DNA from: Octopus sinensis
Lineage: Eukaryota
Assembly: GCF_006345805.1 (NCBI RefSeq)
Contig: NW_021836586.1
Location: 1-28,150 of the forward strand
Direction of reading: 5' to 3'
Length of the DNA stretch: 28,150 nucleotides
Position 1 is the stretch's first letter; every line of letters begins with the position of its first letter. Positions 20,481-28,150 of this stretch are shown one piece after another. The translations under genes and the position numbers were made by a program. The notes beneath the pieces are model-generated. The model made no database searches, was not told where the DNA came from, and saw only the letters and a program-made list of their open reading frames with translations.

Positions 20481-20778
20481 GGCGGGCAAAAGGAGGCGAG
20501 CTGGCAAAAGGCGGCGAGCTGGCTAAAGGCGGCGAGTTGGTTAAGGCGGCGAGCTGGCAGAAACGTTAGCACGCCGGGCGAAATGCGTAGCCGTATTTCG
20601 TCAGCCGTTACGTTCTGAGTTCAAATTCCGCCGAGGTCGACTTTGCCTTTCATCCTTTCGGGGTCGATAAATTAAGTACCAGTGAAACACTGGGATCAAT
20701 ATAATCGACTTAATCCGTTTGTCTGTCCTTGTTTGTCCCCTCTGTATTTAGCCCCTTGTGGGTAGTAAAGAAATAGGT
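20481..20778 (+). mobile_element. Young SINE family A copy with reiterated 5' head
   Basis: Near-identical to 18575-18807; AAGG(C/A)GGCGAG(C/T)TGG repeats at 20490, 20508, 20526 and 20543. Confidence 0.93.
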
Positions 20779-21519
20779 TGTAAGTTGAAGGCAGCTCGGC
20801 TGGTATTTCTAGTAACTCCAAAGTTGTTGCTGCTGTCGGTGGCGTTGGCGTAGTTATTGTTCTTATTCGTAGTGCTTGGAGATGGTTATATCACGATCAT
20901 ATTTATGGTCAGACCGATATTTTGAATATAAATGAAGATCTTAGAGATTGGAATATTTGACTTATTATTTCATTTAACCCCGAATATTGAAATGATTAGG
21001 ACTTAAATCACGTTTCCGGTGTCTAATGTTTAGTTTCAAATTATTTAAAGTCTGGATTAATGGTATTTCTTGAAGTCTTTTGACAGAAATTTTGGTCTTA
21101 AAATAACTTCGAAGTTATTTACAGCTTTTGTACATGTACTTGTAGCTTGTAACGCGTGGTTATTTGTCTGTTGTTGAGTTGATGTATTGTTGCTTGACCT
21201 CCAGGTTAATCTCAATGCAACTGACCTATGATCAAAACCATTCCAACCGTGATCAAGCCGTTTCTTGTTTGTTTTTTTCTTATCGTGTTTCAGATATAAT
21301 ACATCTGAGTTTATATAATTCAATATATTGTTCTTTTAATACTGTGTAGCGTGCGATTTGAGAGAGGGTTAGGTTTTTTTCACAGCAGTATGGGATTTGA
21401 AGGAAATTTGATTGGTATTTCATGCGGCCCAAATGAAATACCATGATGATACCAACATAGAAACATGAGCTAGAAATACCAACATAGAAACATGTTGGTA
21501 CTTTTACTCTTTATCTTTA

Positions 21520-21677
21520 TATTGATTGCAAATTGTAACACAAAACCAACTATTTCGGGGAGTGGGTAAATCGATTACATCGATCCCGAAGGATGGAAGA
21601 CAAAGTCGACCTGAGTGGAATTTGAACTCAGAACGTAAAGACGGACGAAATAACGCGTGCTAACAGTTTCGCCAGCT
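21520..21677 (-). mobile_element. SINE family A, internally deleted
   Basis: AATCGATTACATCGATCCCGAAGGATGGAAGACAAAGTCGACCT...TTTGAACTCAGAACGTAAAGACGGACGAAAT; the segment between the two GTCGAT-like repeats is missing. Confidence 0.85.
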
Positions 21678-21804
21678 ATTTATCTCTATATTGTTACTAC
21701 TGTTGCTGCTGTTGCCGCTGTTGCTGCTACTGCTGCTACTACTGTAGTAGTAGTAGTAGTAGTAGTAGCAGCTGCTGCTGCTGCTGTTGTTAGCGTGTAA
21801 AAAT

Positions 21805-22245
21805 CCTAGGGACATATATACAACACATTCTTACATAGGGTTACATGACCTGGAATATCGACAGACAAATGTGAAAGCTTATCAATACTGCAGAGACGTG
21901 GTTCCTTAGAAGAATGCTGAAGATACAAAACGACAGAGTAACAAAAGGTCGAAATATTTTAGACGTACAGAAACCACCAGCAAATTCTTTAACAACTAGC
22001 TGGTGAAGTTCATTGGACATCATATAAAAAGAGAAAGCCTTGAATACTAAGTGACAACTGGAAACTGAAAAGAAAAAAAGCCGTAGGAAATAGAAAGACA
22101 AGAAAATAGAAGAGATATTCGATGGCCTTACAATTGGCTACAAAAAAGACGGTTGAATAACTGATTAAATGTGAAGCAAGAGAGATGGAGGTCAATGATC
22201 GCCGGCGCCTGAAATCTAAGGCACATAAAAGAAGAGGGGTTTTTA
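21805..22245 (+). mobile_element. RTE-clade LINE 3' fragment, heavily decayed
   Basis: Frameshifted blocks NTAETWFLRRMLKI, KFIGHHIKRESLEY*VTTG and ERWRSMIAGA match RTE RT C-terminal motifs; it ends in a GAA-like tail. Confidence 0.85.
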
Positions 22246-22294
22246 GCAAGTGTAGTGAAAACGTCTCTCTGGCCTGTTATATTCATAAACTTCA

Positions 22295-22600
22295 TATGCA
22301 TGTGTGGTTCGGAAACTCGCTTTACAATCACATGGTTTGAGTTTCGATCCCACTGTGCACTACTTTGTGCAATCAACTATAGCCCCAGGACGAGCAGCGC
22401 GTTGTGAGTGAAAATGATATAGGGAAATTGTGTGGAAGCTCATCACATACATATATGTGTGTGTCGTTGCGTCTGAGTTTGTCTCCTCTCCTGTCCAACT
22501 TGACAACCAATATCGGATTGTTTACGTTCCCGTAATTACGTGGTTCGGCAAATGAGAACCGATAGAATAAGCATCAGACTTAAAACAGAAATATTTTAGT
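22295..22600 (+). mobile_element. SINE family B-related, old diverged copy
   Basis: GTGTGGTT...CACATGGTTTGAGTTTCGATCCCACTG...CTTGACAACC...GGTTCGGCAAATGAGAACCGATAGAATAAG. Confidence 0.8.
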
Positions 22601-22865
22601 CTTTTCTTTTTCTGGTTTCAATCTCGGTCTTCTCTTTGACTCGTCGCAATCTTTCATTGGTTTGGTCATGGTCTCTTCTTGGTCTGCTCTCGATCTTTTC
22701 TTAGTGTTGTTTTCGTCTGTTTTCAGTCCTTTTTGTTCAGCTCCAGATTTATTCTTGGTCTCGGTATTTTCTTCGTCTGCTCTCTGTTCTTTATCTGTTT
22801 TCCGACTTGGTTTTTTTTCTTCGTTTCCTTATTTTCTAGGTCTGATTTCATTGTTTTCTCGTTCT

Positions 22866-22946
22866 CGTCTCGCTCTTCTCCCGCCGTCGTCTCGCTCTTC
22901 TCTCGCCGTCGTCTCGCTCTTTTCTCGCCGTAGTCTCGATTCTTTT
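22866..22946. repeat. 3.5 x 22-bp minisatellite CGTCTCGCTCTT(C/T)TC(C/T)CGCCGT in a pyrimidine-rich tract
   Basis: Units at 22866, 22888, 22910 and a partial unit at 22932. Confidence 0.85.
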
Positions 22947-22970
22947 CGTCTCATTCATTAAAACTACTCC

Positions 22971-23051
<81 letters not shown>

Positions 23052-23052
<1 letters not shown>

Positions 23053-23330
23053 GAAGGAGCTTCTACAGGACTAGAACTGTTTCATTCAGAGAAATCATCA
23101 GGAAGCTAGTTAACAAGAATTGTTTTGGCATTTATACATTTAGGCAGGTTTAAAGGGGTGGTGGTGGGGGACTTTTTTGGGGGTAGGCATAGCGCAAAAA
23201 TATCATACTTAGGGGAGTGGTCAAGGAGTCAGTGGTAAAGTAGATAAAAGAATAAATAAAAGAATTAAAAAATAAATAGAAGAATAGAGTTTTAGGTAAA
23301 TAAGGAGACTCTCACTTATACATATACACA
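23052..23330 (-). mobile_element. Penelope-like terminal fragment ending in (TA)n (22973-23051)
   Basis: Contains a complete hammerhead on the minus strand immediately before the TA array. Confidence 0.6.
23058..23107 (-). ncRNA. Putative type I hammerhead ribozyme HH3 (best candidate)
   Basis: The minus strand reads AGCTTC-CTGATGA-T-TTC(TCT)GAA-T-GAAA-CAG(TTCTAGTC)CTG-TA-GAAGCT: canonical core, perfect 6-bp stem I, 4-bp stem III, GUA triplet. Confidence 0.75.
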
Positions 23331-23373
23331 TATGTATATATATACACACACACACACACATATACATACACAC

Positions 23374-23437
<64 letters not shown>

Positions 23438-23719
23438 ATATACACACACGCCCACACATACATATACATACACACACATACACATACACACATACACACA
23501 CATATATACATACACACATGCACACACATGTCCATATATACACATATATATATATATATATACATATGTGTACCTATACATACCTACACATACACACATA
23601 TACATACACATACACATACAAACCCATTCCCTTATTTTAATTTTATTATTATTTTCATTTATTACTTTTGTTATCTTTGACCGCGGTCACAAGCATTTTG
23701 GCTATCATATATATATATA

Positions 23720-23850
23720 TGATCAGCTAACGCCCAGTTTCACTCAAAAGGCATTGACCAGACGAAGTTACAGCAGAAAACATGTACCCAAGTTCATACG
23801 CAGTGGAGACGAACCTGACAACACGTAACTGCGAAGTGTACTTCTTATTC
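23720..23850 (-). mobile_element. SINE family B head, old copy
   Basis: CACTCAAAAGGCATTGACCAGACG...GAAAACATGTACCCAAG..CATACGCAGTGG..CGAACC resembles the reverse complement of 4690-4810. Confidence 0.55.
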
Positions 23851-24071
23851 ACATAGCCATGCTTGCACCTATATAGTCGTTCCTTTCTAAGACAGTAGGT
23901 AGGGTTTTATGAGGAGGGTGTCTGTATGTAACTTCCGTTATCGAGACGCACATCCTCATCATCCGGTGAAAATACAAACGTTCCAGTCTTGTGGGCCCCG
24001 TTAGATACCCGCCAGTAGAACAGCAAGGATGGGGGTGGCGATGGGAGCAGTCCACCCCAAGAGACGCTTTT

Positions 24072-24299
24072 ATTGGGGAGGTACTTTTGTGTCTTCTATA
24101 TAAGCCTGTACAGGTATAGGGATCAAGGAAGCGAGGGCAAGGAACAGCAAATTCAAGGCCTGTGTGTGGCACTCACTCTTACTATTCTAACTGGTACCCG
24201 CTGCTTCGTGCTCGATTCGGTCGTCGAAAACGCGGCTTGTCATCCTTGTTCCTGCGTTGGCGTAGGCGGCGCGCTGGCTGCGGAAGGGAGCAGGTAAGA
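24072..24299 (+). promoter_or_regulatory. Candidate Pol II promoter and first exon (or LTR U3/R)
   Basis: ATTGG at 24072, TATATAAG at 24097-24104, TCA 28 nt downstream, CpG-rich body and a CAG|GTAAGA donor at 24293/24294. Confidence 0.35.
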
Positions 24300-24521
24300 C
24301 TATGGTGACCATCGCACTTCGTTCTCGTTTCGGACGACTATGAAGTTGCATGACCACAAGAAGGTCATCATTCCAGCGTCAGCCTGACTTAGAAGATACT
24401 GAGGCGTAGACGGCGATCTGACGGCGGGAGGGAATAGGTAAAACTACGGTGACCAACGCACTTCGTCCTCGCTTCGGACGACTATGAAGTTGAACGAGTC
24501 GACCACAAAGAAGGCATCATT
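24259..24521 (+). repeat. Diverged ~115-bp direct duplication, 144-bp period, CpG-rich
   Basis: GGCGTAG...GGTAA.ACTA.GGTGACCA.CGCACTTCGT.CTCG.TTCGGACGACTATGAAGTTG...GACCACAA.GAAGG.CATCATT at 24259-24372 and 24403-24521. Confidence 0.92.
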
Positions 24522-24877
24522 GTTTAATTCGTCAATGATAAAAGTTATGAGGAGGAGTGAAGGTAATAACAGATTAAGTAGGTATTATCGATGAAACATG
24601 GTATTTTGGCTGTCTGTTATTTTGTTTTCTGCAATTTTCAACGCGAGAAAATAAAATAAAAATAGATGAAAAGACAAGACAAAACAAAACACACACACAC
24701 AGACAAAAAAAATGGAAACACTAAAAAATATAAATATAAACAGATAGAGTATTTATCACATTTTATAAATTGATTTACCAAATAATTAGTTTTTTTGGGG
24801 TTTTTTCCCCCACTTGCTTCCTTGCTCTGTTTTACTACTAACTCACTTTGATGTAATATATATGCATACAAACATAA

Positions 24878-25630
<753 letters not shown>

Positions 25631-25785
25631 CGTGAGTATTTATCGTTTATTTAATTTCCAGTGAATAGGTTTCCTTTCCGAAACACTACACTTGCTTCAT
25701 TGCTTTAAATATTCTCCACGTTTAATAGAGAAGACATTTTTCTTTTTCCCTCCCTCCCTCCTACATTTTTCCTTCTTTCCATCTT

Positions 25786-25850
<65 letters not shown>

Positions 25851-26339
25851 TTATTTATTTTTTTTTTTTTCCCCATTTTTTAAAAACTTTTCCTCATTTT
25901 GTTTTGATAGTATTTTGTTTGTCAATTATTGTTGTTTGTTAACTTTCTTACAGTAATTAATTGGTATACAGGGTGTATGAGACAGAAAAAGCAGCTGGAT
26001 TCTTTACTAGATAGACAGCCAAGAGAGAAAAAAAAAGCGAACTCTATAGTGATGATGGGTTGTTGGTAGAGCCACTAATAGTTTGCAGTGGTGGTAGTGG
26101 TGGTGATGATGATAATGGTGATGGTGAGAGTGATGGTGGTGGAGCTGTTGCCGGTCGATGTTGTTGGGGTTTACTGCCTGGTCGGTGTTAATCGTGTTGT
26201 CGATGTTGTTTGTAGTCAGAAAGGAACACTTTTAATTATAATGTCTGCTCGTTCAGAGCTTAAGCTAACCGAGCAGACTTATGATCAACGGCATTCCTGC
26301 CACGACTGTCCCTTCTGTTTTATATGTGTGTGTGAGTGT

Positions 26340-26830
26340 ATGTGAGTACGTATGTTTGTGTGTGTGAGTGAGTGAGTGAGTGAGTGAGTGAGTGGGTGAG
26401 TGAGTTAGTGGAGTGAGTGAGTGAGTGAGTGAGTGAGTGGTCGAACCATCAAGAAACTAACTTTGTAACTAAGTTGTTTCGGGTTCAGAGTGATCGTGGT
26501 TGTCATGGTGATGATTGTCATGGTGTTACAAGTGGTGCAGGTGGGGAGGATATTGATAATGATAGCGGTGAGGGTTAATGGTGATGGTGATAATAAAGGT
26601 GGTGGTGCTGGTGGTAATGGTGGTGGGGGGGGGGGTGGGGTGGTTCTGATGGCGGTATTGGTGGAGAAGGTGGTATTAGTAGTGATGATGGGGATTAGTG
26701 GTGGTGGTGGTGGTGGTGGTTGTGATGGTGGTGGTGGCGGTGGTGATGATGGTATTATTGGTATGATGATAGCAGTATTGATGCTGGTAGTGGTCGTGAC
26801 GATGATGCTGGTGGTTGTTTTAGTGATTGC
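26340..26830. repeat. (GAGT)n followed by a GGT-rich low-complexity tract
   Basis: Directly visible; source of poly-V/G/P ORFs. Confidence 0.9.
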
Positions 26831-26839
26831 AGCAGAGGT

Positions 26840-26965
26840 GGCGGCGACGGTGTAGCGGCGACGGTGTGGCGGCGACGGTGTGGCGGCGACGGTGTGGTGG
26901 CGACGGTATGGCGGAGACGGTGTGGCGGAGACGGTGTGGCGGCGACGGTGTGGCGGAGACGGTGT
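26840..26965. repeat. 9 x 14-bp CpG-rich minisatellite GGCGGCGACGGTGT
   Basis: Units every 14 bp from 26840 to 26952, with variants GGCGGAGACGGTGT and GGTGGCGACGGTAT. Confidence 0.95.
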
Positions 26966-27399
26966 GGCGGCGGCTGCGGTGACGGCACGGCGACGGAGGC
27001 GGTTTGTGTTCTTAGAAGTGACACCTGTGTTTGCCGGTATGGTCATTAAAGGTAATGTTGTTTGCTAATGTTATTGTTATTGCTGTGGCTCTGAAAACCG
27101 CCTATTCTTCTCTCACAAGCCCAGTCCTGATTTGAGCCGATATCCATGATGAAAAGCATTCCAGCTGTGACCATCTCATCTTTTTCGCTGCAATGAATCA
27201 ACAACCAGCAATCGCATTATCTAACTTAGCCTTCTTCTAAGATATTGGGGTTTGATTTGAAAATTTGGCTGATATTTCTTGCATGTCAAGCAATCACATA
27301 GAGAAGCTCTTTAAAAATGGATCGTGGTGTTGTTATTGCTGTTGTTGTTGGTCTTGCTGTTGTTGTCATTGTTATTGGTGTTGCTGTTGCTGTTGCTGT

Positions 27400-27694
27400 C
27401 GTCTTCTTCTTCTTCTTCTTCTTCTTCTTCTTTTATTATTATATTATTATTATTATTATTATTCTTTTTCTTATTCTTCTATTCTTTTCTTCTTTTCTCT
27501 TCTTCTTTTTCTTCTCTTTTCTTTCTCTTCTTCCTTCTTCTTCTTCTTTTCTTCTCCTTCTTCTTCTTCTTTTTCTTCTTCTTCTTCGCTTCTTCTGCTT
27601 CTTCTCCTTCTTCTTCTTCTTCTTCTTCTTCTTCTTCTTCTTCTTCTTCTTCTTCTTCTTCTTCTTTTTCTTCTTCTCTTCTTCTTCTTCTTCT
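27400..27694. repeat. ~295-bp (TTC)n-dominated polypyrimidine tract with an (ATT)n insert
   Basis: Directly visible. Confidence 0.95.
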
Positions 27695-27900
27695 AATCAG
27701 GACTCACGCTATTAGCCACAAAGAATAATCTCTAATTCGAGCCTACTCTAAGCTACTAAGAATGAGTGTGGCAACTTGAAGATCCACCCACCACACGCGA
27801 TAGACTGGCGGTTGCACGGGCGCGAAAGCAACGTTGTTATCCTCATTCCGTAAACAGTGGCTTTTAACAGGTGGAGAGCTGAACCATCCTGGGGTACAGA
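27695..27900 (-). mobile_element. Possible very decayed RTE-type LINE 3' end whose tail is the (GAA)n tract
   Basis: The minus strand has loose RP..R / VDL / A.IRD..W spacing reminiscent of RTE C-termini and runs directly into GAAGAAGAA. Confidence 0.3.
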
Positions 27901-27977
27901 GGATTCGCAATCTAGACTAGGGTCTGAAAGTTTACCACACCATAGTGGCTTACACCATAGTTCCTCTGCTTTGTGGT

Positions 27978-28150
27978 AGAAGTAGGAAGAAAGAGTGAGA
28001 GAAAGTTGTGGTGAAAGTGTACAGCGGGGTTCACCCTCCACTTCACCCCGCCGGAGCCTCGTGGAGCTTAGGTGTTTTTGCTCAATAAACACTCACAATG
28101 CCCGGTCTGGAAATCGAAACCGCGTTCTTACGACCGCGAGTCCACTGCCC
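27978..28150 (-). mobile_element. tRNA-derived SINE head (family C type), cut by the window end
   Basis: The minus strand reads GGGCAGTGGACTCGCGGTCGTAAGAACGCGGTTTCGATTTCCAGACCGGGC, a tRNA-like arm plus B-box. Confidence 0.8.

Noticed and set aside
21101-21120. 20-bp palindrome AAATAACTTCGAAGTTATTT resembling fused loxP arm ends (also ATAACTTCGT at 20213)
   Set aside because: It lacks the inner TATA and the 8-bp spacer, and no recombinase or vector sequence is nearby. A short AT-rich palindrome is plausible by chance.
21917-21962. CTGAAGA...GTCGAAA hammerhead-like spacing
   Set aside because: Lies in RTE coding sequence (MLKI...) and stems I and III do not form.
26405-27046. 213-aa Pro/Thr-rich ORF with ATPSPP repeats (extensin- or mucin-like look)
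   Set aside because: The repeat unit is 14 bp, not a multiple of 3, so the peptide cycles through frames; this is a minisatellite artefact.
27265-27728. 130-143 aa poly-L/F/S ORFs
   Set aside because: Translations of the GTT/TTC/ATT tracts.

Overview
AT-rich, microsatellite-saturated animal genomic DNA, intergenic or deep intronic. The dominant tRNA-derived SINE families match, from my recollection, the high-copy SINEs of Octopus, so a cephalopod source is inferred rather than proven. No intact host protein-coding gene is recognisable, and most ORFs in the supplied track are translations of simple repeats. The window is a retro- and DNA-transposon graveyard. It holds over 20 SINE copies or fragments in three families, a 5'-truncated R4/Dong-type LINE sitting in (AAT)n, and decayed CR1/L2-group and RTE LINE fragments. 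It also holds a 503-bp Merlin DNA transposon (81-bp TIRs, perfect 8-bp TSD, DDE transposase remnant missed by the ORF track) and a pogo/Tc1-type MITE. The best signal is four unrelated, (TA)n-embedded Penelope-like termini that each fold into a type I hammerhead ribozyme; three have a non-canonical stem II closing position and the fourth an extra unpaired A there, and two of them abut long palindromes. Secondary candidates are a decayed ~168-codon minus-strand reading frame, a CpG-rich TATA/splice-donor module with a 144-bp duplication, and GATA- and ISRE-like motif clusters. Frequent single-base phase slips in simple repeats suggest consensus indel errors, which limits calls that depend on homopolymers.
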